DNA of 64,000 nt from Alphaproteobacteria bacterium (GTDB lineage: Bacteria > Pseudomonadota > Alphaproteobacteria > UBA828). Made by a program: the position numbers and the translations under genes. The stretch covers positions 160,001 through 224,000 of the forward strand of contig CBDEFM010000002.1 in assembly GCA_965237415.1 (NCBI GenBank), written 5' to 3'. Positions 22,237-33,459 of this stretch are shown one piece after another. The stretch's first letter is position 1. Each line of letters starts with the position of its first letter. Under the pieces are notes generated by a model. That model was not told the origin of the DNA. It ran no database searches and worked only from the letters and a program-made list of their open reading frames with translations.

Positions 22237-24705
22237 ATGCACGAGGCAACCAGCGATCTGCTTTCGGCGGTGCAGGGGGGCCGCCGCCCGGATGCGACGG
22301 AGGCCCTCGCGCTCGCCGCCGAGGACGACTTGGCACCGTTGCTCGAGTGCGCGGCTGCGCTCCGCGACCTGGCGCACCCCGATATCGTGACGTATTCGCG
22401 CAAGGTCTTCATCCCGCTCACCCATCTCTGCCGCGACGTCTGCCACTACTGCACCTTCGCCCGGCCGCCGCGCCGGGGCGAGACGGCGTTCATGACGCCC
22501 GAGCAGGTGCTGCGGGTGGCGGAGGCCGGCGCTGCCGCCGGGTGCAAGGAGGCGCTGTTCACCCTCGGCGACAAGCCGGAATTACGATATCGCGCCGCGC
22601 GGGAGAACCTGGAAGCCTTGGGTTATGGCAGCACGCTCGCCTACCTCGCCGCCATGGCGAAGCTGGTGCTGGAGGAGACGCCGCTGCTGCCGCACCTCAA
22701 TCCCGGCGTGCTGAGCCGCGAAGACCTGCGCGCGCTGCGTGCGGTCTCCGCCTCGCAGGGCATGATGCTTGAGAGCGCGTCCGAGCGGCTCTCCGCCAAG
22801 GGCGGGCCTCACTACGGCTCGCCGGACAAGCGGCCGGCAGCACGGCTCGAGACGCTCCGCCTGGCCGGCGAGGAGGCGGTGCCGTTTACCTCCGGCATCC
22901 TCATCGGCATCGGCGAAACCCGAGAGGAGCGGATCGAGGCCCTGCTCGCGCTCCGCGATGCCCATGATGCCCACAGGCACATCCAGGAGATCATCGTTCA
23001 GAATTTCAGGGCCAAGCCGGGGACGCGCATGGCTGCGGCACCGGAGCCAAGCCTGGATGAGCTGCTCTGGACCATCGCAGTCGCGCGCATCCTCTTCGGC
23101 GCGCACGCGAACATCCAGGCGCCGCCCAATCTGAGCCCCGGCGCGCTGCCACGGCTGGTCGCGGCGGGGATCAACGACTGGGGCGGCGTCTCCCCGGTGA
23201 CGCAGGATTACGTCAATCCCGAGGCGCCGTGGCCGCATCTCGACGCGCTGGCACGCGAGACTGCCGCTGCCGGGAAGACGCTGGCCGAGCGGCTCACGAT
23301 CTATCCGTCCTACGCGCTTGCAGGCGAGCGCTGGCTCGATGCGGCGTTGCGCGAGCGGGTGCTGAAGACGATCGATGCGCAAGGCTATCCCCGTACCGAC
23401 GCCTGGGTCACGGGCGCAGGCGAGGCGCCGCCGGCGGATCGCACACCCGCGCCGGCCGTCGTGGCGCCCGACATCGAGCGCCTTTTGGCCCGCGCCGAAG
23501 CTGGCTCGACCCTCAGCGAGGACGAGCTGGTGCGGCTCTTCGAGGCGCGCGGCGGCGCCTTCGACGCGGTGTGCGCGGCTGCCGACGGGCTCCGGGCACG
23601 GGTTAGCGGGCCACAGGTTAGCTATGTGGTGAACCGCAACATCAACTACACCAACGTCTGCTACTTCCGCTGCCAGTTCTGCGCCTTCTCCAAGGGCAAG
23701 ATGAGCGAGAATCTGCGCGGCCGGCCCTACGACCTGCCACTGGAGGAGATCGTGCGGCGGGTACGCGAGGCGTGGGAACGCGGCGCGACCGAGGTCTGCC
23801 TCCAGGGCGGCATCCATCCCGACTACACCGGCGAGACCTATCTCTCGATCTGCCGCGCCATCAAGGCGGCAGAGCCCGCGATCCACGTCCATGCCTTCTC
23901 GCCGCTGGAAATCTGGCAAGGCGCCGCGACGCTGGGACGAACCGTGCCCGACTTCCTCGCGGAGCTGCAGGAAGCTGGATTGGGCTCGCTCCCCGGCACG
24001 GCCGCCGAGATCCTCGACGACGAGGTGCGGGCCGTCATCTGCCCCGACAAGATCGCCACCGATCAATGGCTCTCGGTCATGGAGGCCGCGCATGGGCTGG
24101 GCCTGCGCAGCACCGCCACGATCATGTTCGGCCATGTCGATTCGCCGCGTCACTGGGCGCGCCACCTGTTGCGCGTGCGCGCCTTGCAGGAGCGCACGGG
24201 CGGCTTCACCGAATTCGTGCCGCTTCCCTTCGTCGCGATGGAGGCGCCGCTCTATCTCAAAGGCCGCGCTCGGCGCGGGCCGACCTGGCGCGAGGCTCTG
24301 CTCATGCACGCGGTGGCGAGGCTCGCGCTCAACCCGGTCATCGCCAACATCCAGACCTCGTGGGTCAAGATGGGGCCGGAGGGGGCGGCGGCCTGCCTCC
24401 GCGCGGGCGCCAACGATATCGGCGGCACGCTGATGAACGAATCGATCACCCGCGCCGCCGGCGCGAACCACGGGCAGGAGTTTCCGCCGGGCGAGATCGA
24501 GGCGCTGGTTGAGGGGCTGGGGCGCACGCCGGTGCAGCGCGCGACGCTCTATCAGCCCGCGCCCACCGCGCGCCGGGCCGCTGCGCAGGGCGCGGCACCG
24601 CTCGCCCCGGTGGTGAACGCGCCCGCCCGTCGCTATGAGCGGCGCGCAGCGGCAAGCGATCTGGTTCGTCCCGGTCTTGAAGTCACTGCACCGGCGGGGG
24701 AGTGA
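22237..24705 (+). CDS. fbiC: Bifunctional FO synthase (CofG+CofH fusion)
   Basis: Two radical-SAM motifs (CRDVCHYC, CYFRCQFC), YSRKVFIPLT, NRNINYTN, GGTLMNESI. Confidence 0.93.
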   Translation: MHEATSDLLSAVQGGRRPDATEALALAAEDDLAPLLECAAALRDLAHPDIVTYSRKVFIPLTHLCRDVCHYCTFARPPRRGETAFMTPEQVLRVAEAGAAAGCKEALFTLGDKPELRYRAARENLEALGYGSTLAYLAAMAKLVLEETPLLPHLNPGVLSREDLRALRAVSASQGMMLESASERLSAKGGPHYGSPDKRPAARLETLRLAGEEAVPFTSGILIGIGETREERIEALLALRDAHDAHRHIQEIIVQNFRAKPGTRMAAAPEPSLDELLWTIAVARILFGAHANIQAPPNLSPGALPRLVAAGINDWGGVSPVTQDYVNPEAPWPHLDALARETAAAGKTLAERLTIYPSYALAGERWLDAALRERVLKTIDAQGYPRTDAWVTGAGEAPPADRTPAPAVVAPDIERLLARAEAGSTLSEDELVRLFEARGGAFDAVCAAADGLRARVSGPQVSYVVNRNINYTNVCYFRCQFCAFSKGKMSENLRGRPYDLPLEEIVRRVREAWERGATEVCLQGGIHPDYTGETYLSICRAIKAAEPAIHVHAFSPLEIWQGAATLGRTVPDFLAELQEAGLGSLPGTAAEILDDEVRAVICPDKIATDQWLSVMEAAHGLGLRSTATIMFGHVDSPRHWARHLLRVRALQERTGGFTEFVPLPFVAMEAPLYLKGRARRGPTWREALLMHAVARLALNPVIANIQTSWVKMGPEGAAACLRAGANDIGGTLMNESITRAAGANHGQEFPPGEIEALVEGLGRTPVQRATLYQPAPTARRAAAQGAAPLAPVVNAPARRYERRAAASDLVRPGLEVTAPAGE

Positions 24706-24750
24706 GCGCCGGCGCTCGTTGTCAGTCTCCTCAGTCCGCTCCTGCACCGA

Positions 24751-24844
24751 TCACGGGATTTGGTCTGCGAGAAGCCGGGCCATCATGTGACGAACGTGAT
24801 CCTGCCCGATCGACCCGGACCGAGAACTCAAGGCGAAAGGCCAT
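24751..24844 (-). pseudogene. RelE/ParE toxin with a large internal deletion
   Basis: ATG overlapping the antitoxin end gives MAFRLEFS. In another frame the tail reads GQDHVRHMMARLLADQIP*. Only about 94 bp remain. Confidence 0.6.
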
Positions 24845-25103
24845 GCGCGCGACGCTTGTCGCCGATCATCCCGGCCAGCCGTGTGTCCATCCCCTCCGCG
24901 CCGACGAACGCGCCCTCTCGGCGGCGCGACAGCAGGGTGCGCAGCGCCGCGGTTTCTGGTCCCTCGGCCTCCACTCGCTGGCGCAACAGGTCGACGCCTC
25001 GCTGCAAGACCGCGCTAACGTTGGGGTAGTGCCCGGCCTCGACCAGCGCCTTGGCAAAGGCATGCTGCTCGTCGGTGAGGGAGATCGAGGATTTGACCGT
25101 CAC
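24828..25103 (-). CDS. ParD-like ribbon-helix-helix antitoxin
   Basis: MTVKSSISLTDEQHAFAKALVEAGHYPNVSAVLQRGVDLLR. Confidence 0.8.
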   Translation of the reverse strand: MTVKSSISLTDEQHAFAKALVEAGHYPNVSAVLQRGVDLLRQRVEAEGPETAALRTLLSRRREGAFVGAEGMDTRLAGMIGDKRRAHGLSP

Positions 25104-25221
25104 GAGAGCCTCCTTGAGGCCAAGGCACTAAGCCGTCGAACCGCAGCCAGCGGAGCTACGTGGGATTCGATCCGTTGCAACGATTTGCGACCTCGGCCGG
25201 ATGCCCTGAGACTACTCTTGA

Positions 25222-25317
25222 TCAAGGCTTCGGCCGAGGAGGAGGCGGAGGGGGCGGCGGCTTCGGCGGTCTCGGTGGTGGCCCTAATTTCTCGATTGGG
25301 TCGGGCTCATGCGGCAT
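25222..25317 (-). CDS. 31-aa proline-rich small ORF
   Basis: Manual translation MPHEPDPIEKLGPPPRPPKPPPPPPPPRPKP*. ATG overlaps the stop region of the upstream SLATT-like gene. Confidence 0.5.
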   Translation of the reverse strand: MPHEPDPIEKLGPPPRPPKPPPPPPPPRPKP

Positions 25318-25798
25318 ACCGATTCGCCTCGGCCTCGTATGCAGCCACCGCGCAACGCTCGTTGGTCTTGTTGTCGGTATGGATATCCAGTCGGTTGGAG
25401 GCTGCGGCGGCGCGCCGCATGATTTCTTCGGATCGGCTCACGGCCTCATCCTCCTCCATCCGATCTGCGTAGACGCTCTCCCACAAATTGCGGTACTCCG
25501 TCTCAAGGTCGCTGAATTCCCTACTGACGGAACCCAGCATCGCGGCCGTCTTGCCGGGGTCGACGACCAGGTCCCAGATCGTCACAGCAAGTATGGCCAG
25601 ACCAGGTGCGACGACGAAACTCGTCGGTATCACGTCGACCAGCGTGACCCCTGTCGCGATTCCCAAGAAGGCCAAGAGAATTCTCAGGATGTTTCTGTGC
25701 ACATGGTAACGTCTTGCCGTGGCGTCGTAGTATCTAGACCACCGCGCCATGTCGAGCAGTCCCTGCCAGATGGCACCTCTCGTCTGGTCGGAGATCAT
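25307..25798 (-). CDS. SLATT-like two-TM membrane protein
   Basis: N-terminal helix ..RYY..ARRY, two hydrophobic segments, helical C-terminal tail. GGAGAAG RBS before ATG 25798. Confidence 0.6.
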   Translation of the reverse strand: MISDQTRGAIWQGLLDMARWSRYYDATARRYHVHRNILRILLAFLGIATGVTLVDVIPTSFVVAPGLAILAVTIWDLVVDPGKTAAMLGSVSREFSDLETEYRNLWESVYADRMEEDEAVSRSEEIMRRAAAASNRLDIHTDNKTNERCAVAAYEAEANRYAA

Positions 25799-26018
25799 GG
25801 TTCTTCTCCGTGTTCGGCGACCAAGCCGCCGCTCCACGTTACTACTGCGACGACTCCCCGTCGATGGACATGCATTGGAGTTGGTCCATTACAATCATCT
25901 GCTGTTCCAGAGTGCGGGCGTCAAGCAGAAGGCTGTCTGCGGTCGGGAGCGAGGCCCATCCGTGTGATAGGCTTGGCCCGCGCGCGGTGGTCGCGACCAA
26001 ATGGGAGGAGCAGCGACG

Positions 26019-26474
26019 ATGGCGGGCTTCACGATTACGTCGACCAACCACACGAGCTTCACGGTCTCCAGCCTCGACCGGGCGATCGGCCTGTTTCGCG
26101 ATGCGCTCGGTTTCGAGTTGCTGAACCGCTCGCCGCGCGATCCCAAGTTCATCGAGCAGGTGGTGGGCGTGGAGGGCGCGGATATCGAGGTCGCCTACTT
26201 GCAGGCGCCCGGTCACCGGCTGGAGCTGATCGAATATCGCGGCCCCGCCGACCGCGGCCGGGTCGAGTCGCGCCCCTGCGATGCGGGCTTCGCCCATATC
26301 GCCTTCGACGTCGACGACATCCACGAGGCGATCGCGGCGGTGCGGGACGCCGGCTCCGAGCCGATGGGTGCGCCGATCACCGTCAACGCCGGGCCGAACA
26401 AGGGCGGCCTCGTGGTCTATACGCGGGACCCCGACGGCATCACGGTCGAGTTCATCCAGAGGCCGAAGGCATAG
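26019..26474 (+). CDS. VOC/glyoxalase-family protein
   Basis: NHTSFTV, LELIEY, HIAFDVDD, RDPDGITVEF. Confidence 0.9.
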   Translation: MAGFTITSTNHTSFTVSSLDRAIGLFRDALGFELLNRSPRDPKFIEQVVGVEGADIEVAYLQAPGHRLELIEYRGPADRGRVESRPCDAGFAHIAFDVDDIHEAIAAVRDAGSEPMGAPITVNAGPNKGGLVVYTRDPDGITVEFIQRPKA

Positions 26475-26484
26475 TTGCGGGCGA

Positions 26485-27102
26485 ATGTTTTACGAAACCG
26501 CGCGCAACGATCACGGCCTGCCGCACGACCCCTTCAAGTCCTGTGTGGTGCCGCGACCGATCGGCTGGATCACGACGGTCGACAACGCCGGCGTCCTCAA
26601 CCTCGCGCCCTTCAGTTACTTCAACGCCTGCGGCGATCACCCGCCGCAGGTGATGTACGCGCCGAGCGGCTCGCACGCCGAGGGCGGCGCCAAGGACAGC
26701 CTGCAGAATGTGCAGGAGACCGGCGAATTCGTCGCCAACCTCGCGACCTGGGAGCAGCGCGAGGCGATGCGCATCTCGACGAGCCACGTGCTGCGCAGCG
26801 TCGATGAGTTCGCGCTGGCCGGGCTCGAAACCGAGCCGGCCCGGCTGGTGCGTCCGCCCAAGGTCAAGGGCGCGCCGGTTCACCTCGAATGCAGGCTCCA
26901 CAAGGTCATCGAATTGCTGGCCGACGATCCAGCCAGGTTCCGCAACTGGATCGTGCTCGGCCAGGTCGTCGGCGTTCATATCGACGATTCGATCATCACC
27001 GACGGCCGCGTGGATCAGTCGAAGTTCCGGCCCATCGCGCGCCTCGGCTACGCCGACTACACCACGGTCGACAGCCACTTCGAGATGCCCTTTCCGGACT
27101 GA
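26485..27102 (+). CDS. Flavin reductase-like protein (DIM6/NTAB family)
   Basis: VVPRPIGWI, NLAPFSYFN, KDSL.N, IARLGY. Confidence 0.9.
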   Translation: MFYETARNDHGLPHDPFKSCVVPRPIGWITTVDNAGVLNLAPFSYFNACGDHPPQVMYAPSGSHAEGGAKDSLQNVQETGEFVANLATWEQREAMRISTSHVLRSVDEFALAGLETEPARLVRPPKVKGAPVHLECRLHKVIELLADDPARFRNWIVLGQVVGVHIDDSIITDGRVDQSKFRPIARLGYADYTTVDSHFEMPFPD

Positions 27103-27156
27103 GGCCGCACCACAAGACCTTGCGCTCGAGCTTCGCTGCGCCTACAAGGAGTAGCG

Positions 27157-28119
27157 ATGCAGCCTGCGCTTCTGCCCTCGATCTTCGGCGACCGGCATCT
27201 GCTGGGGATCGAGGGGCTTTCCGCCGGCGCGATCACCCATCTGCTTGATATCTCCGAGGGCTACGTCGCGCTGAACCGCGAGGTGCAGAAGCGCAAGAGC
27301 CTGCTCGGCGGGCGCACTGTCGTGCTGCTCTTCTTCGAGACCTCGACCCGCACCCGCACCTCGTTCGAGCTCGCGGGCAAGCGGCTCGGCGCCGACGTCA
27401 TCAACATCGCGGTGGCGAGCTCAGCGATTAAGAAGGGCGAGACGCTCATCGACACCGCGATGACGCTGAACGCCATGCACCCCGACATGCTGGTGGTCCG
27501 CCATCCCGACGCCGGCGCCGCCAGGCTGCTCGCCAATCACGTCGAGTGCGGTGTCATCAACGCCGGCGACGGCAGTCACGAGCATCCAACGCAGGCCTTG
27601 CTGGATGCGCTGACCATCCGCCACCGCTTCGGCCGGGTCGAGGGGCTCCGGGTCGCGATTTGCGGCGACGTAATGCACAGCCGGGTCGCCCGCTCCAACA
27701 TCCTGCTTCTCAACACGATGGGCGCCCGGGTCCGCATCATCGCACCGCCGACTCTGGTGCCGGCCGCGATCGAGCGGATGGGCGTGGAGGTCTTCCACGA
27801 CATGCGCGCAGGGCTAGCCGGCTGCGACGTCATCATGATGCTGCGCCTGCAGCAGGAGCGCATGCAGGGCACCTTCGTGCCCTCCACCCGTGAGTACTTC
27901 CATTTCTTCGGCCTCGACCGGGACAAGCTCGCCGAGGCCAGGGAGGAGGCGCTGATTCTCCATCCGGGGCCGATGAACCGGGGTGTGGAGATCGACAGCG
28001 CGGTCGCCGACGACATCACCCGGAGCGCCATCCTCCACCAGGTCGAGCTCGGCGTCGCCGTGCGTCAGGGCTGCCTCGAAGCCCTGAGCCGAAATCTCGG
28101 CCCGGCACCGGTCTTCTGA
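27157..28119 (+). CDS. pyrB: Aspartate carbamoyltransferase catalytic subunit
   Basis: [28 protein letters not shown]. Confidence 0.95.
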   Translation: MQPALLPSIFGDRHLLGIEGLSAGAITHLLDISEGYVALNREVQKRKSLLGGRTVVLLFFETSTRTRTSFELAGKRLGADVINIAVASSAIKKGETLIDTAMTLNAMHPDMLVVRHPDAGAARLLANHVECGVINAGDGSHEHPTQALLDALTIRHRFGRVEGLRVAICGDVMHSRVARSNILLLNTMGARVRIIAPPTLVPAAIERMGVEVFHDMRAGLAGCDVIMMLRLQQERMQGTFVPSTREYFHFFGLDRDKLAEAREEALILHPGPMNRGVEIDSAVADDITRSAILHQVELGVAVRQGCLEALSRNLGPAPVF

Positions 28120-28132
28120 TGCGGAGTGGGCC

Positions 28133-29434
<1,302 letters not shown>

Positions 29435-29451
29435 CGGTGGGCGGGGGCGCC

Positions 29452-30666
29452 ATGTCGTACGCCGATATCGCCACCGCCTGCCTCCGGCGCCTGCCGCCGG
29501 AGACGGCGCACAACGCGGCGCTCGCCCTTCTCGGGCTCGGTCGGCTGCCGGCCCCGCCGCCGCCCGCACCGGCGCTCGCGACGACGCTCTGGGGGCTGCG
29601 CTTCCCGACGCCCGTGGGGCTCGCCGCCGGCTTCGACAAGGATGTCCGATGCCCCGACGCGGGGGCACGGCTCGGCCTCGGCTTCGGCGAGGCGGGCACG
29701 GTGACGCCGTTGCCGCAGCCGGGGAACCCGAGGCCCCGCCTGTTCCGCCTGCGGCGGGACCGCGCGCTGATAAACCGGTATGGCTTCAACAGTGCCGGCC
29801 TGGATATCGCCGTGGAACGGCTGGATCAGTGGCGCCGCGCGAATGGCGCGCCCCGCTGCCCGCTCGGGATCAACATCGGGGTGAACAAGGACAGCGCCGA
29901 TCCTGCGCGCGACTATGCTGACGGCGTCACGCGGGTGGCGGCGCTCGCCGACTATGTGGCGGTCAACGTTTCCTCACCCAACACGCCGGGGCTTCGGGCG
30001 TGGCAGACGGGCGATGCGCTCGACCGACTGCTGGCCGCGCTCGCGGATGCCTATGCCCGCCTCGACGCCGCGCCGCCGATCCTGCTCAAGCTCGCGCCGG
30101 AGATCGACGACGAGAGTTTGGCAGCGCTGCTCGACGCCATCGACGGCGCACCCATCGCCGGCCTCATCCTCACCAATACGACGACCGCGCGCCCGCCCGG
30201 CCTCGTCTCGCGTCGGAGGGGGGAGGAGGGCGGCCTCAGTGGCCCGCCGCTGGCGCCGCGCGCGCTTGGGGTGCTGCGGCGCGCCTACGCGTTTAGCGGC
30301 GGTCGCTTGCCGCTGATCGGCGTGGGCGGAATCGATTCGGCGGAGGCGGCCTACGCCCGTATCCGCGCGGGCGCGAGCCTCGTCCAGCTCTACACCGCCC
30401 TGGTATATCGCGGGCCGCGGCTCGTCGGCGAGATCACGCAGGGTCTCGCCCGGTTGCTTGCGGCCGACGGCTTCGCTTCGCTGGTGGACGCGGTCGGCGC
30501 CGATCACCGCGCACCCGCCTCGCGCGGTCACGATGCGTCGGCGATCTCCCGCGCGATGGCCAGCGCCGCGGCGAGCGGATCGGGCGCCTGCGTGATCGGG
30601 CGGCCGACAACAAGCGCCGTCGCGCCGGCGCGAGCCGCATCGGCGGGCGTCGCGACGCGCGCTTGA
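29452..30666 (+). CDS. pyrD: Quinone-dependent dihydroorotate dehydrogenase
   Basis: PETAH, GLAAGFDK, NRYGFNS, NVSSPNTPGLR, TNTT, GGLSG. Confidence 0.92.
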   Translation: MSYADIATACLRRLPPETAHNAALALLGLGRLPAPPPPAPALATTLWGLRFPTPVGLAAGFDKDVRCPDAGARLGLGFGEAGTVTPLPQPGNPRPRLFRLRRDRALINRYGFNSAGLDIAVERLDQWRRANGAPRCPLGINIGVNKDSADPARDYADGVTRVAALADYVAVNVSSPNTPGLRAWQTGDALDRLLAALADAYARLDAAPPILLKLAPEIDDESLAALLDAIDGAPIAGLILTNTTTARPPGLVSRRRGEEGGLSGPPLAPRALGVLRRAYAFSGGRLPLIGVGGIDSAEAAYARIRAGASLVQLYTALVYRGPRLVGEITQGLARLLAADGFASLVDAVGADHRAPASRGHDASAISRAMASAAASGSGACVIGRPTTSAVAPARAASAGVATRA

Positions 30667-31253
30667 TCGGCCTTGCCGCTGTCGTCGCCGCTTGCCGGGC
30701 GGATGCCGGGGACAACGATATCGAAGCCCGCCCCATGTTGGGCGCGCAGCGCCGCAATCTCGTGCGGGCTCGCGATCACGCCGGCCAGCCCCGCCTCGCG
30801 TGCCAGCCCGGCGAGGCGCAGCACCTGACCGCGCGCCGTGTCGCCGATGCCCTGGCGCGCGAGTTCCGCCTCGTCGAGGCTGGTGAGCACGGTCACGCCG
30901 AGCAGGCGCGGTGGGGCTACGCCCTGGCGCGCGGCTTCTTCCTCCGCAGCCTCGCGCGCCGCCCGCATCATGGCGAGCCCGCCGGCGGTGTGAATGGTGA
31001 GATAGTGCGACTCCAGTGCGACTACGCTGCGCACCGCGCCCGCGACCGTGTTCGGGATGTCGTGCAGCTTGAGGTCGAGGAAGAGCGGCGGGCCGGCGGC
31101 GCGTACCGCGCCGATGCCCTCCGGACCATGGGCGCAGAAATATTCGAGGCCGAGCTTGAGGCCGCCCACCGCCGGCGCGAGCAGGCCCGCCAGACGCTCG
31201 ACCGTGGGCCTGTCGCGCGCATCGAGGGCGCAATAGAGAGAGACGTTCGGCAT
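30528..31253 (-). CDS. pyrF: Orotidine-5'-phosphate decarboxylase
   Basis: ALD, FLDLKLHDIPNTV, VTVLTS, PGIR, VVGRPI. Confidence 0.95.
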   Translation of the reverse strand: MPNVSLYCALDARDRPTVERLAGLLAPAVGGLKLGLEYFCAHGPEGIGAVRAAGPPLFLDLKLHDIPNTVAGAVRSVVALESHYLTIHTAGGLAMMRAAREAAEEEAARQGVAPPRLLGVTVLTSLDEAELARQGIGDTARGQVLRLAGLAREAGLAGVIASPHEIAALRAQHGAGFDIVVPGIRPASGDDSGKADQARVATPADAARAGATALVVGRPITQAPDPLAAALAIAREIADAS

Positions 31254-31373
31254 CGATACTCCGGTGCCCGGCGGGCTCGGATTGCGTTCGCGCGCTCCCG
31301 TCCGGCTCCCAATAGTTTACTCTCCGGTGCAAGAGGAGACGACCAGAGACGGGAATTAGGTGAGGGGGCGTCG

Positions 31374-32012
31374 ATGAGCGGAACGGCGGACGAGATTGCG
31401 GCGGTTTTGCTCGATACCGGCGCCTTTCTGATACGCCCCGAGGCGCCGTTCCGTCTGACCTCGGGGCTCTATGCGCCGTTCTACGTGAACTGTCGGCTGA
31501 TCCTGTCGCGGCCCGAGGCTCGCTCCAGGGCGGCGGCGGCGCTGGCGGACACCGTGCCGCGGCCCGGCGCCACGGTCATCGCCGGTGGCGTCACCGCAGG
31601 CGTTCCCTTCGCCACCCTCGTCGCGGACCGGCTGAGACTGCCCATGGTCTACGTCCGGGCCGAGGCCAAGGCGCACGGCACCGCAGGCCGCATCGAGGGC
31701 GGCAGCGTCGCCGGCGAGTGCGTCCATCTGATCGAGGATCTGATCTCCACCGCCGGCAGTATCCTCGCTTTCGCGCAAGCGCTGCGCGGCGCTGGCGCGG
31801 AGGTGGACGGCGTGAGCGTGCTGTTCTCGCGCGCGAGCGCGTCGGCACGGCAGGCGCTGGAGGAAGCCGGGCTCACGCTCACCACCATTTGCGATCTCGA
31901 CACGCTGCTCGCGGTGGCGCTCGGCAGCGGGCGCATCGACGAGAGGGCGCTCGGCGAGGTCCGGGCCTTCCTCGCCGACCCCGAAGGCTGGTCCGCCCAA
32001 CATAGCCCATAA
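31374..32012 (+). CDS. pyrE: Orotate phosphoribosyltransferase
   Basis: F.LTSG..APFYVNCR, YVR..AKAHG, IEDLISTAGS. Confidence 0.9.
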   Translation: MSGTADEIAAVLLDTGAFLIRPEAPFRLTSGLYAPFYVNCRLILSRPEARSRAAAALADTVPRPGATVIAGGVTAGVPFATLVADRLRLPMVYVRAEAKAHGTAGRIEGGSVAGECVHLIEDLISTAGSILAFAQALRGAGAEVDGVSVLFSRASASARQALEEAGLTLTTICDLDTLLAVALGSGRIDERALGEVRAFLADPEGWSAQHSP

Positions 32013-32037
32013 GTGACGGGTGGCCGCGCCCGCGCGG

Positions 32038-33387
32038 TCAGAAGTCGATGGCGCGTCCCTTGCGCTCCCAATCGCCGTAGCGGGTGGGCTCCGGTCCCGC
32101 CGGGCCGCCCGTCTCGGCAATGGATTCGATACTCTCTTCGGCGCCAGCCTCGGGCGTGTCGTCGACGCCGTTTCCTGACAGAGCGACCGCCGCTTGCATT
32201 GCGGATTCTCGTGCCGCCTTGCCGGGTCGGGCCAGCACATCCGGTCCGATCGACGCGATATCGGCGAGACCGCAGAGCCCCATGGTGAGGTCGAGCTCGC
32301 GGCGGAAGATGTCGAAGACGTGGGCCACGCCTGCCTCACCGGCGACCGTGAGGCCCCAGAACTGCGCCCTGCCGATCGTGCAGCAGTCCGCACCCAGCGC
32401 CAGCGCCTTGACGATGTGGGTGCCCCGCCTGATGCCGCCGTCGAGCAGCACCGCGGCGCGGCCCGCCACCGCATCGGCGACGCGCGGCAGCGCGTCGAAC
32501 GCGCTTGCCACACCGTCGAGCTGGCGCCCGCCGTGGTTGGAGACGAACACCCCGTCCACGCCGTTCGCCACCGCCTCGGCGGCGTCGGCGGGGTGGAGCA
32601 CGCCCTTGAGCAGGAGCGGCCCTTTCCACACGGCGCGCAGTGCCGCGATGTCGTCCCACTGCATGCCCTGATCAGGCAGCGTCAACATTCGCTCGTGGAG
32701 GGTGGTGAGGTCGTTGGCGTCTCCGGGCCTGCGGTAGTTGCCGAAGGTGATCTTTGGAATGGTGCGCCGCATGCGGAACAGCCAGCGCAGCTTGAACGCC
32801 ATGTTGGCGATCTCGCTGGCCGAGAAGCGGGGCGGGATGACGAAGCCGTTGCGGATGTCGCGCTCGCGGTTGCCGAGAATTTGCGTGTCGATTGTGACGA
32901 TCAGGGCCTCGTAGCCTGCCGCGGCCGCGCGCTCCGCCATCTCGTGGGTGAGCCCGCGGTCAGTGTAAATGTAGGTTTGGAACCAGCGGGGCTCGACGCC
33001 GGTCTCGGCCAGCTCTTCGAGTGTGCAGATCGAGCCGTGGCTGAGGCAATAGACGGAGCCGGCCTTGGTTGCCGCGCGTGCCGAGGCGGCCTCGCCCTCC
33101 GGCCAAAGCAGGCCGGCGAGCCCCGTGGGTGGGACAATGAGCGGCATGGAGAGCCGCCTGCCGAAGAGCGTGGTCGAGAGATCGCGGCTCGCCGACCCGC
33201 CGATGGGGCGCGGATAGAGCGCCACCGAGTCGAACGCGGATACGTTCCGGCGCAGCGTGTGCTCGTCGCCGGCACCGCCATCGACGAAGTCGAACACCGG
33301 GCGCGGCAGCACGCGCCGAGCTTCCTCCCGGAGCGCCGCGATGTTGTAAGCCCGCCGCTTCCAGCGGGGTTGGCGTTCGCTCGCCAT
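32038..33387 (-). CDS. FMN-dependent alpha-hydroxy-acid dehydrogenase with an in-frame C-terminal DUF1674/SDHAF4-like domain
   Basis: FDFVDGGA, RERD, LKG, SNHGGRQLD, DGGIRRG. C-terminus GGPAGPEPTRYGDWERKGRAIDF. Confidence 0.85.
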   Translation of the reverse strand: MASERQPRWKRRAYNIAALREEARRVLPRPVFDFVDGGAGDEHTLRRNVSAFDSVALYPRPIGGSASRDLSTTLFGRRLSMPLIVPPTGLAGLLWPEGEAASARAATKAGSVYCLSHGSICTLEELAETGVEPRWFQTYIYTDRGLTHEMAERAAAAGYEALIVTIDTQILGNRERDIRNGFVIPPRFSASEIANMAFKLRWLFRMRRTIPKITFGNYRRPGDANDLTTLHERMLTLPDQGMQWDDIAALRAVWKGPLLLKGVLHPADAAEAVANGVDGVFVSNHGGRQLDGVASAFDALPRVADAVAGRAAVLLDGGIRRGTHIVKALALGADCCTIGRAQFWGLTVAGEAGVAHVFDIFRRELDLTMGLCGLADIASIGPDVLARPGKAARESAMQAAVALSGNGVDDTPEAGAEESIESIAETGGPAGPEPTRYGDWERKGRAIDF

Positions 33388-33459
33388 CCTGATCCTCGTC
33401 GTTACGGCGCGCCAGTATAGGCGGGGAGCGCCGCGCGCGCATGGCCGACCCGACGCCGG

